In this document: piece after piece, positions 22,976 through 35,083 of the stretch
Layout: the number at the start of each line of letters is the position of its first letter
Position numbering within the stretch: position 1 is the stretch's first letter
Position numbers and translations under genes: made by a program
The notes under the pieces: model-generated
Database searches by the model: none
What the model was told of the DNA's origin: nothing
What the model saw: the letters and a program-made list of their open reading frames with translations, nothing else
Source: Leucoraja erinacea
Lineage: Eukaryota
DNA: 64,000 bases
Assembly: GCF_028641065.1 (NCBI RefSeq)
Contig: NC_073411.1
Span: forward strand, 10,788,001 to 10,852,000
Direction of reading: 5' to 3'

Positions 22976-25900
22976 ATAATAATCTATAATAATCTTATTT
23001 ATATAGCACATTTTTAGTCAACTTGCATTGACCCCAAAGTGCTTCACATAATTACATTACATTTACACACAGGCAAAGGTGGGTGAAGTGTCTTGCCCCA
23101 AGGACACAATGACAGTATGCACTCCAAGCAGGATTCGAACCGGCTACCTTCCAGTCGCCAGCTGAACACTTAGCCCATTGTGCCATCTGTCATGGTGCCA
23201 TGGAGGGGATAGAAGAAGAGGGGAGGAGGAGGAATACAAAGGGGATGGAAGAATAGGAAGTGGGAAGGGGAATGGGTGGATGGAGGGGATAGGAGGGGGA
23301 ATAAGAGTGGAGGGGTTAGAAGAGAGGGAGGGGCATAGGAGGAGAGAGAGCAGAAGATAAGGTGGGAAGAATGCGATAATTAGGAGAGGAGAGTAAAGGA
23401 AAGGAGAATTGGGTAGAATAACCTGGTAAAGAAATGTCCAATCATACAAATTGCTGAATAAATATTGGAACATACAACAATAATTAACTATTTAAAACAA
23501 TTATCTGACCAGAAGAGGAATCATTCCGTGAAATCAGAAGTTATAGATTGGCCCTGGATTTAAAATTGCATCATGAAGAATACAACCTGAAAACACAAAG
23601 TGCTAGAGGAACTCAGTGGGTCAGGCGTCATCTGGGAAGGTAATGGACAGGCGATGTTTTGTATCAGGACCCTCTTCATACTTTCCTTCCACTGATGCTG
23701 CCTGACCCACTGAGTTTCTCCAGAACTTTGTGTTTTGCTCAAGATTCCATTATCTGTAGTTCCTTGTGTCTCCAACATAAAACACTTGCTCAGTGGCGTG
23801 TCAACTGATAAGTTTGTTTTCAGATTTCTAGAGTGGAATGTAACATCTCTGCCTTATGACTCAGTAGCAAGAGTGTTAGTTACTCAGCCAGCATTCACAT
23901 ACTGATCATCTGTGGCTGTCTCTGGTTCAATACATGGCCCACTCTCAGACTTTTTGTTGACCTGCTTTTCAGTTAAATGCACACTCGATTTCCTGTAAAT
24001 ATAAACAACTAGTTATCATTAGCTCTTCTAACACAGCATGGCTGTACTTGGAGTAAGTTGTGTTATTTTTGAAGTTGTACAAAGTGTTCCATTCTTGGAC
24101 ATTGATAGATGGTTTGGAGTGTAAAATTAGTTTCATTATACAATGCATAAATTCATACATTTTTCTGTTGAAAAAATATATTTTCCATCAATGAAAACTT
24201 ACAATCTTCCAATAGTGAATATTATTGGAATTTAGGCAATATATTTACGTTATGTCAAATGACATTTTTCAGCCCCAAATATTCTACTATGGAAATACTT
24301 GAGAGGTGACTGTGTGGAGGGTTGAGCACCTTAATAACCACAGCTGGAATAATCTTATACTGTGTCCTTTCCCCACAAAATATATGTGGCAGCTATAACT
24401 AAGTTCAGTGTGTCCCTCAACATATTTATTTAACAATCTAGGCCATTCCAGACATCGACTTTATACCAACTCACAAGGCAATCCAATTCCAGCACAATGA
24501 CTTTTGCCCTATGACCTATTCTCTCCACATTCCATTCAATTTCTCCCAGATTCTACCAATCGCCTACATACTAGAAGGAATTCACAGTGGCCAATTAACC
24601 TGTAGCATATAAATGAATACAGATGATTGAGTAAAATGCATCATGAGTTTTATTACATGGTGTGTAAATGAAGACAGATGTTCTGTGGGTGTTAAGTATG
24701 AATTCTTTGATTAAAATGTAAGTGCAGGCAGATGTTCTCTGGTTGTAAAGTCTGCATCGTTTAGCAGCAGTAACTGCAGTAGGATGTTTTGGCTTACAGT
24801 GAGTTCCTTCATGCAGTGCTTGAATGCAGACAGATGTTCTGGATTGTAAAGTGTAAGCTGTATTATGCAATATATAAGGGCATATGGAAATTATAGTGTG
24901 CGCACAGATCTGTTATACAGCAAAAGAAAACAAACTGATGGAGGAACTCAGTGGGTCAGGCAGCATCTGTGGGGGGGAAATCGACCAACGACATTTTGGG
25001 TTGAGACCCATCTTCAAGACTGCAGAAGAGAGATAGATGGTAAAAAGAGGTAATGAGATGGCCTGAGACAGCTGGCAAATGAGAGGTGGGGACACAAGAG
25101 ATGCAGATGCTGGAATATTGAGCAGAAGGGAACAAAATGCTGGAATAGCTCAGCTGGTAAGGCAGTTTTTGAGGGAAATGGGCAGCCAATGTATCTGATC
25201 AGGATCCTTCTTCAGGGTCTGCAGAAGGCACATGGTCCAAAATGTCGTCTCTCTATTCCATAGATGCTCAGTGACAAGCTGAGTTCTTGCAATACTTAGT
25301 CTCCCCCCCCCCACAACATCGGGAACATGTTCCCTGTAGCGTGTCCAAGCCCTTAAAAATCATATATGTTTCAATGAAATACCATCTCATCCTTCTAAAC
25401 TCCAGAGTGTACAAGCCCAGCTGCTCCATTCTCTCGGCATATGAGCATTTGCTCAGCATTTTCCAGCATCTGCAATCTCTTGTGTCTCTATTATGCAGCA
25501 TGCAGAGAGATGTTCTGGGCTGGTAAAATGTGAGTTCTATCAAGTAGTATCTAAGTACAGACAAGTGTTCTGGGTTCATAGCCAATGAGTACCATCAGGC
25601 CACAATGTTCTGGGGTCATAAACATCAGTTTTATTATATAGTGAGTAAGTGCAGGCGAATGTTCTAAGGTCATAATGTGAGTGTGTTAATAGACAGATTT
25701 TCCTGTCTTTCATGCAGTGCGCTCCAGATAACGATATTCATATGTTCTGGTCGGCTACGAGTGAGTTCAGTTATCAGTGTGTGAGTAACACCAATGTTCT
25801 TGGGTAATTATGTCTCACATGTGCATGCAAGTGTGCTGGGTCTTTACGACCCAGCAAATTCCATTACACCTTCTATAACTGAAGACAGGGCAGCTTTTGG

Positions 25901-26427
25901 TCCGTTTCCTCCCCGCTGACTCTGCAGCAGTTTGCGCAGAACATCGAACGATAACAGTGCAGGAACAAAGGTTTTGGAAAAATAGTTCGGCATTCCTTAA
26001 TTCTGAAATGATCAATAGCTTGCAATGTTAACTATTATGCTTGAAATATTTGCAATTATGCTTGTGATGTTTTATTTAATGCCCTCTCAAGTCTTTGTCT
26101 TGCCCATGTAAAGCAAATGCTAAAAATGTTTACAAATTTATTAAAGCAAATATTTTTATTTTATGCCCTCGTCTGTCTTTCCCATGTGTTGAAGCCAAAC
26201 TGCTAAAACAACTGCGAAAACAATTTGTTTTGCTTAATACTCTCAGATTGTGAAGAGGGAAGTAGTAGCTCAAGTAATTCAACCTCAACTGTCACCATTC
26301 TTTGCATTTCGATATACATATTGTGGTAAAAAATATCTTGATTATTTCAATGTCATGAGTTGGTTAGAAGTGCTTGTCAGAGAGTACCAAAAAAAACCAT
26401 CTTTTATTCCATCATTTCCCTGTCACT

Positions 26428-27029
26428 TTAATTCAAAAATGGCACAACAGAAGAAAATGACAACCTCTCTAACAACTGAATTTTTAAATCGTCATCATCC
26501 ACTTTATGCCAAGCATATTTCAGGTTGTTAACATCTGGAGGGAACTGGTTGTACACAGTTTCCATCTGGGCCACGGTGACTAGCACATTGAAACAAACAC
26601 CATCTGTCTTCCCAGGAATTTCACCGGTGTGCTGTAATCCCAAGATTCCATGAGTTTTCACCTTCACTTGCGAGTCCCTCAAGCATTCCTTGATCAGTCT
26701 GTGGATGGCCACTTCTACGCTGCAAGATAGATCAGCCGAGGATGTGCCACAAACCGTCACGGGGAAATGAGGATAGCCCTGATTGTTGGTTAACAGCCAT
26801 AGTTCGTTACTTTTGTTGAGAAAGGCAGATACCACCCGGTGACACACAACTGAGCATGGCAACTCAACAGGCATGGTCACTGGATGAGAAGCTCTCTCTT
26901 TATGTTTGACAGCAAATGAGATTAAGTTTAAGATGTCTCTGGCTCTCAGTGGAAGGGGCGACACTCTGTCCCACCATCTTGCCTGCAAGGATTCTGCATC
27001 GCTCTCTGATGTAGTTTTCATGTTCCCTC
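26428..27029 (-). CDS. NUDT18: NUDT18 last coding exon
   Basis: ttctAG|GA GGG AAC ATG AAA...VVPFLN stop. Confidence 0.9.
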
Positions 27030-29599
27030 CTAGAAATAAACAACACCACTTAATGTAAGCATTAGCCACATCAACTAATAACCGATCCTGACCCAATTTT
27101 TGTTGAGGTGACTAGAAGCGTATATTGGAAACGCATGATCAGTTGCCTATGAAAACTATATAAATAATAAAATTGAAGCCTAATGTTGATCCTTTTTTAG
27201 GTCCCTACATTGACTTACAAATATGGTGCAGAAATGATCATGGGCTATAGGTATCAATAACAAAAGTCGTTAACTCAATTAGTTATGTCATTGAACTAAC
27301 TTATGAAAATTCATAGATCAAAGATCATCAAGGCCAAATTCATAATTAGGAATAATCTGAGTGATAATTCAGTTTCCTATTCAGACAGCATCCTCCCATT
27401 GATACTAGGTAGGATGTAAAGAAACAAAATCAGTACAGGTGCCTTAAATGTAACTGGATACCAATCTCATTTCCCTAAAAAATATTGACAGCAAAACATC
27501 CTACTCAATGTATGCATTCCAAAACGAACAATTCATTACTGCAGTCATTATTTTGCAGTCATTGGCGCAGCAACCACTTTCATTACTGCCACTCCAATCT
27601 ACACCAAAAAGAACAAAACAAACCTGTGACTCTGGCCAGGAAAACAAAACGGATCCATCGTGGACCCCTTTCCTCCACGCTCAGAAGGGTATAGGGCTCG
27701 CACTCCAAACCGGTTTCCTCTTGAACTTCTCTCTTCACAGCCTCAACGATGGTTTCATTCTGTTCCATCCTCCCTGCTGGCAGGTACCACTTGCCGTAAC
27801 ATTCTTGTTTTGCCTCCTGCATCATCACCACTTCTTTCTGCATGTTTGAATAAAATAAAAATTGCAAGGATTGTAAATTTAGAAAAAGATGGTCCATGTA
27901 ATCTTTAATAACATTTACAACTCTACCATCATTAGCACACGGACAGACTTTATTCCTCAAAGCCAGTGGATATAGTATATCTGGACTTTCATAAACCCTT
28001 TGATAAGGTCCCACAAGAGATTTGTGGGCAAAATTAGAGCACATGGTATTGCGGGTAGGGTAATCTCTAGTTTCTAAAGCCAATATAGAACATGGCAGGG
28101 CTGAGGTGTCACTGGAATAACTACCAGGGAATCTGAAGAACTCGGCAAACTAATATACGCATGCACATGCATGACACCCACTCATAACAGCATTATTGAA
28201 AACCAGTTTATCAACCATATTAAGAAAAACAGATTTCCAAATTTATTGCAACTACAACCCAATTCAGGTTCAAAGAATTACTATCCAAGCTACATGCATG
28301 CCTATGTCAGTAGAGAAATAGCAGCATCCTTGCAGCTGTGTTATATCATCAACTAAGCATCCTGGTCACAATTTTAGAATTAAAAAATAAACTATACCAG
28401 CTCCTCATGCCCCTTAGATTCTCACTATTTTGGGATTGCCCCTTTGTCCAAGTGTAAGCTTCTCTTTTCTCAAACGAATGCTGCATAATTTGATGTAGAA
28501 TGTCTTTTTTGCCTTTATAATCATAATCATACTTTATTAGAAAAGCATGTTTTGCAACATATGAGGAATTTGACTTGCCATAGTCATACCAATAAAAAGC
28601 ACAAGACACACAAAATATATTTTAACATAAACATGAGAGACCCCTTCCACCCCTGCAAAGGACTGTTCCAGCTGCTACGGTCAGGCAAACGCCTCCGTTG
28701 CCATGCGGGGAGAACGGAGAGTTTGAGAAGGAGTTTCTTCCCAGAGGCAATTCGGACTGTAAACGCCTATCTCATCAGGGACTAACTCTACAGAACGTTT
28801 TTCCTTCCATTATTTTTCCTTCCATTATTTATTATGTAAAAGAATATGTGTGTTATGATTGTGTTTATAATTTGTTTGGTTGTTTTGTTGTTTGTCTTTT
28901 GCACAAAAGTCCGCGAGCATTGCCACTTTCATTTCACTGCACATCTCATATGTGTATGTGACAAATAAACTTGACTTGACTTGACTTGACATCCACCACA
29001 GTGACTCCTCCACATTCCTCACTGTGATGGAAGGCAATGGAAGTTCAAACTTCTTCCCTTCTTTGTCCTCCCGCGGTAATGTTGCAAAATCACTTTCAAT
29101 CACTTTCTTTCTTATTTATATTTTTAATCGGCTATGGAGAGAGAACAGCAAATCGGATATGGGGAGAGAACAGCAAACCTGTTTTTTAGGTTTTTTAAAA
29201 TATTTTAACTGCACAGCATCAGGGACAGTACATAGTTTCTCTAGCCAATTCTAACAAGCTTGGGGGTTTAAGAAGGAACTGTAGATGCTGGAAAATCGAA
29301 GGTACACAAAAATGCTGGAGAAACTCAGCGGGTGCATCAGCGTCTATGGAGCGAAGGAAGATGCTGCTGCATCCGCTGAGTTTCACCAGCATTTTTGTGT
29401 ACCTTCTAACAAGCTTGGGTCCAGGAGGAGGATAAGACAACTCCCTTACCTGCTCATTCAGTATTATCGCAGCAACGATGTAACAAACTGTTTTCCGCAC
29501 AATTACTGGCACTACTTCATCCAAGGGGGAGTCATAGTCCTTTACCTCAATGCCTTTCCCTTTCAACAGGAGCGCCAGTTGATTTTCAATCAAATCCAT
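26428..29599 (-). CDS. NUDT18: 8-oxo-dGDP phosphatase NUDT18 (MTH3), 3 coding exons, 321 aa
   Basis: Exons 29599-29450 (150 bp), 27837-27624 (214 bp) and 27029-26428 (602 bp) are in frame. Nudix box [22 protein letters not shown]; NUDT18-typical [35 protein letters not shown] and DGVCFNVLV. Confidence 0.93.
27624..27837 (-). CDS. NUDT18: NUDT18 second coding exon (Nudix box)
   Basis: tgcAG|AAA GAA GTG...GTC ACA G|GTttgt. Confidence 0.92.
28640..28990 (+). mobile_element. Rex1/Babar- or L2-like LINE 3' end
   Basis: [20 protein letters not shown]...[18 protein letters not shown], then AATAAA(CTTGA)n tail. Related minus-strand ends at ~30520-30880, 42180-42625 and 59725-60130. Confidence 0.7.
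29450..29599 (-). CDS. NUDT18: NUDT18 first coding exon
   Basis: MDLIENQL...AAIILNEQ|GTaagg; upstream acceptor catAG| just before 29619. Confidence 0.88.
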
Positions 29600-31004
29600 A
29601 TCTCTTAATCAAAAGTTACCTATGTCAGGGTAAAAGCACGAAATTTACTGAAACAAAAAGTACGTTGGTGTACAAATTAGCTGTATATATATAGAACATT
29701 GTAATAAGAAACAATGTTTGTTCTTCATTCTGTTTACTAACTGAAGGTACTTTCTTCCATGATATGAAATCCTCCACGTCAAAGTTAGATAACAGTTGTG
29801 AATTACCTGATCTCAGTTGGACATCTGTTTGGGATAATAAGAGAACGAATTCCGTTACTGCAGGGAGGGGAAATTTCCACAGGATTCCAGCTCCTGAGTA
29901 TCAACCAACGTGAATCAGCGCCTTTGGAAGAGAAGCGAACCAAATTAAAAAAAACAAAAGCAATCTCAGTAACAATATAAAGAGGCTCACGACAGCATTA
30001 ACTAAACCAGCTCTTAGAAGTGTTCAAGAAGGAACTGCAGATGCTGGAAAATCGAAGGTACACAAAAATGCTGGAGAAACTCAGCGGGTGCAGCAGCATC
30101 TATGGAGCGAAGGAAATAGGCTCCATAGATGCTGCTGCACCTGCTGAGTTTCTCCAGCATTTTTGTGTACCTTCAGCTCTTAGAAATGTTGTGATCCCAA
30201 ATGTAATGTATTGGCCCTATCAGAAATGGCTCACCTTCTGACTCTTCAAAACTCTCACTTACCTACCAAGACAGATATGCAATGGAAAAACATAACAATT
30301 AGTAAATTCAAAGCCATTCACTATTTGATTGCTGCTTCACTGTACCCAAATTTACACCTTTCAGCTCTGTGAGAATCACTACAAACTACCTTCAGCAGAT
30401 ACCTAAAAGTAATGGTGAAACACAAACAATGAAGTATTTGTAAAATTCACTCAAGGGTTAAGCAACCCCTCAGTGTCATCTCTCAGGTAACATCGGCACT
30501 CAAAAGAGGGCTAAGATTCAGATTCAGATTCAGATTCAATTTTAATTGTCATTGTCAGTGTACAGTACAGAGACAACGAAATGCATTTAGCATCTCCCTT
30601 GAAGAGCGACATAGCAAACGATTTGAATAAAAAATAATAAGTGTCGGGGGGGGTGGTGATTGGCAGTCACCGAGGTACGTTGTTGAGTAGAGTGACAGCC
30701 GCCGGAAAGAAGCTGTTCCTCGACCTGCTGGTTCGGCAACGGAGAGACCTGTAGCGCCTCCCGGATGGTAGGAGGGTAAACAGTCCATGGATGGGGTGAG
30801 AGCAGTCCTTGGCGATGCTGAGCTCCCTCCGCAGACAGCGCTTGCTTTGGACAGACTCAATGGAGGGGAGCGTGGAACCGGTCTAAGCTACACTTAGTCT
30901 GCTACTGTGGCCAGGCCAAATCATTGGCATGCCCCATATATGTGTGCCACTGCTACTATGGGCAGGCCAGATCATTGGCATGCCCCATATAGACTCTTGA
31001 AACA

Positions 31005-31525
31005 CCACCCTCAGCCACACCACCATCCCCTCCACTCTCACCCTCCATCATCACCATCCCCTCCACTCTCACCCTCCATCACCATCCCCTCCACTCTCAC
31101 CCTCCATCATCCCCTCCACCATCCCCTCCACTCTCAGCTCCTCCACCATCCCCTCCACTCTCACCCTCCATCATCCCCTCCACCATCCCCTCCACCCTCA
31201 GCCCCACCACCATCCCCTCCACTCTCACCCTCCACCACCATCCCCCTCCACTCTCACCCTCCACCCCCCCCCCCTCCACCATCCCCTCCACTCTCACCCC
31301 ACTCCACTCACCATCATCCCCTCCACTCTCACCCTCCATCATCACCCCCTCCACTCTCAGCTCCACCACCATCCCCTCCACTCTCACCTCCACCACCATC
31401 CCCTCCACTCTCACCCTCCACCACCATCCCCTCCACTCTCAGCTCCACCACCATCCCCTCCACTCTCAGCTCCACCACCATCCCCTCCACTCTCACCCTC
31501 CATCACCACCCCCTCCACTCTCCCT
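31005..31525. repeat. ~25-28-bp tandem repeat (CCACCATCCCCTCCACTCTCACCCT)n
   Basis: About 18 imperfect copies in NUDT18 intron 1. Confidence 0.85.
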
Positions 31526-31529
31526 GTCC

Positions 31530-31750
31530 CAGCCGCCAGCCCTCACCATTTCCTCGCTGGGCTCGGGGTTCGGGCTGCGGCGCCGCCCAGGCCCTGTTGT
31601 CAAGGGACACGGGGACAGGAAGCGCCGCCCCTCCGCTTCCCAGTGACGTCACCGCGCTTTCCGCGTCTGTGACCTCAGCCGGTGGACGTGTCAATCAAAC
31701 GCAGGTCACCGCCCCCACTTTAAACCAGATGATCGAGGGGCGTCTTTGGA
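31530..31750 (-). promoter_or_regulatory. NUDT18 promoter and non-coding first exon
   Basis: CpG-rich; palindromic CRE GTGACGTCAC at 31643-31652; ETS-like CTTCC sites; GC box; minus-strand donor ATG|GTGAGG at 31547/31546. Confidence 0.65.
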
Positions 31751-34700
31751 CCATCTCTGCACCTGTGCTGTCATAAATGATAGGAGCTGAATTAGGCCAT
31801 TCGGCCCATCAAGTCTACTCTACCATTCAATAATCATGGCTTTCCCTCTCAACCCTATTCAGCTGCCTTCTCCCCATAACCCCCGACACTCTAATTAATC
31901 AAGAATCTATCTATCTTGGTTTCTTGGTCCTCCAAAATATTCCAAATGGAATTTAAACTGGACGTGGTGAAGGGAGGGCTTAAGCCAGAAAGGGTTATTG
32001 GGAAGAAAGAACTATATCTGGTTTAAAAACTGAATTCATCTTGTGCAACTCCACTCCATCTCCCTATAGCCCTGTAAATATTTTATTTTCAAATACTTGG
32101 TCAATTCAAACCCTTACCACTCACTCACTTGCGTGTTTTTCCATTCGCCTTTCAGTTCTCAATTCTTCCATCGACACGGATACTGCTCCCCCACCCACTC
32201 TATGTATACTATTCCTGATTTTTAATATATCAATAAGATCTTCTCACAACCTCCTCTCTCCCCAACCTATCCACATAACCAAAGTCCTTGCTCTGAAATC
32301 ATTATAGCAAAAAAGTCTCAGTGCTGGAGTAACTCAATGGGTTAGGCAGCATCTCCAGTGAACATTGGATTTGGTGACCTTTGAGTCTGAAGAAATGTCC
32401 CAGCCCGAAATATCACCTATCCATGTTCTCATGGGATGCTGACTTACCCGCTGAGTTCCTCCAGCATTTTGAATCTTTATTTTGATAAACCAGCATCCAC
32501 AGTTTCTTGTGAGCATGTTTCTCTCTCTCTCTCTTTGTAATCATTCTAGTAAGTTTATTTGACTTTGGCTCCAAAGCCTTTCCATCTTTCTCAAAATGTG
32601 GTATCCAGAACTGCACACATTGTTTAGTTGTGACTAAACCATTGTATTACAAAAAGTTCCCCATGTCTTCGCTGCTCTCGCACTGTCTCCATTTACAAAG
32701 CACAGGCTTGAACTGTTTTTTTCAATTTGTCATGCAGCTTTCAATGCATTTGCATGCATATAATTCCACTGTTGTTCCACCCCCTCGTGGGTAGAATTGT
32801 GCCCCCATAGTTTATATTACAATCAGACACAAAATGCTGGAGTAACTCATCAGGACAGGCAGCATCTCTGGAGAGAAGGAATGGGTGACGTTTCCATTCC
32901 TTCTCCTTCTCTCCAGACATGCTGCCAGTCCCGCTGAGTTACCCCAGCAAGCTTGTATCTATGTTCAAGAAGGAACTGCAGATGCTGGAAAATCGAAGGT
33001 AGACAGAAGTGCTGGAGAAACTCAGCGGGTGAGGCAGCATCTATGGAACGTTTCGACCCAAACGTTGCCTATTTCCTTCGCTCCATAGATGCTGCCTCAC
33101 CCGCTGAGTTTCTCCATGCTTGTATCTATCTTCGATTTCAACCAGCATCTACAGTTCCTTCCCTCACATTAACGCCGTTGCTCTCTCTACATCAGCGTTG
33201 CCTGACCTACTGGGTATTTCCAGCATTTTCTGTTTTGAACTTCACAAACAGGACCCCATTTCCAGTCGTGCCCACAACGCAGCGAAACAGCGAGGGACGG
33301 ATTAGAAGCGACTTGTAGGAAGGAACTGCAGATGCTGGTTTACACCGAAGATAGACGCAAAAGGCTGGAGTAACTCGGCGGAAGTAACGAATCAGTCTGT
33401 AACGGACCCCGGCGTGATAAGGAACGTAACAATGGTGAAATGCTTTGGTGTCTAAAGGACACACGATTCTCTGCGACTACAATTTATTCCAATCAGAGTA
33501 TTTTCTGAAATCCTCATTCTGAAATGCAATTAGGTTTTTGCATTTTAGGCAATGCAGCATTCATTGTTGAATTACTCGCGTTACATCCTTGACTCCAACA
33601 TCAAACGCAATGGAAGTACATCGCTTTGAAACAAAACGTATGCCACTTTAAGAAGCCAGCACCTCCCGGGTATCTGACGCCATCAGACGACACAGCGCAC
33701 GTACAGCTCCTCTGAAATATCCCCATCTCCGGGACGCTATCTGACCATTCATTCGTTATTGCAATAGATATTTCTCAATGTAAGAGAAAAGGAGAAATAA
33801 CAGAAACTAAAGATCAAAGGCTCACTAATGTGGAGTCTCTTTGTTTTCGGGACAACCGACTCGTAAACATTGAGCATTGAAATCTCGGGTTAAATGTTGG
33901 GGATAATTCTCAATGGTGAAAGATCAGGAGCAATTCTTCATGAAGCATTAACAAACGGTGCGCACTATTTATTCTACGCGCTGCCCAGCCAACAGACGAA
34001 CCTTCCGGGCCCTCTGGTTTAACTGAGGCATGGACGTGTAGTGCCTATCTGTAAGTATACGCAGCTCTCTGCATTGATATTAATTCATAAGGACACAATT
34101 GCTGAACCAACGGGTCTGTTTTATCAGTGAAACGGCTTTCTATTTACCACCGTTGCAATATTGTGGCCCCAGCAGGGATTTCATCGTTAGTTCATTGTGA
34201 CAGGTTACTTAAGGTCTTATTTAAACGTTAATCCTCCGGCCCAGAACCTCTGTATCGCTGAAATAACCCTCATCCCTTGAATCACCAAGTCCATCTCCGT
34301 GCTCATCCTTCACAACACTGAGACCAACCATGTTATAGTCATAAGCTGCTGCATGAAAACATGGAATTCGGCCGATTGAGTCCACAACACAGTGACACCA
34401 ATCCTACACTAATGCCATGTTATTTTCTCTACATTTCCATCAACTCCGCCCCGACCGAGATTAAACCACCCACTACACTTGGGACAATCTACAATATCTG
34501 CTACAAATCTGCTTGTATTTGGGATGTGGGAGGAAATGGGAACAGATGGGATCCCACATAATCACAGGATTACGTGCAAACTCCACATAGACATCCGGAT
34601 TGAACCTGGGGCTATCAGCGAACCTCTTTGCCTGAGGTCACCCCAGATTTGGTTTTGTCTTCTCTTCCAGTTTTACCCCACTCTCCCAACCACAATAAGT

Positions 34701-34893
34701 CTGAAGAAGAGTCCCGACCCGAAACTTCACCTATCCTTTTCCTCCAGAGATGCTGCCTGGCCTGCTGAGTTACTCCATCATTTTATGTCTGTCTTTAAAA
34801 TGTGATCCTTGCCTTTTAGAGATCCTATGAGCAGGAAGCAAAGACTGCCCTGGGAGAATGTTGGAGACCATCACTCGGGCTCCGTAAACCTAA

Positions 34894-35083
34894 ATGTACC
34901 AGGAGATTGACGTTGCCACAGATCGATTAAAGCATCAGATGGATGGTGTGGAGGTTCATCCCAGTCAGCTGTATTCATCAATGCCATATTATCAACAATA
35001 TGGTAGGAATGCTTCCTTTCTCAGCAACACTGGCTCAGAACTTGCAGAATTGTCAAAACACCTCACAGCATTGTGCAAGGAAG
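34894..35083 (+). CDS. SEC24-like putative coding exon 1
   Basis: MYQEIDVAT...LCKE G|GTcctg; weak donor, but phase 1 matches the next exon; no recognisable homology. Confidence 0.5.

Noticed and set aside
22313-23011. 232-aa Pro-rich ORF and the Gly/Glu-rich ORFs on the opposite strand
   Set aside because: GA-rich low-complexity tract.
30907-31776. 289-aa His/Pro/Ser-rich ORF
   Set aside because: Translation of the ~25-bp tandem repeat and the NUDT18 promoter.
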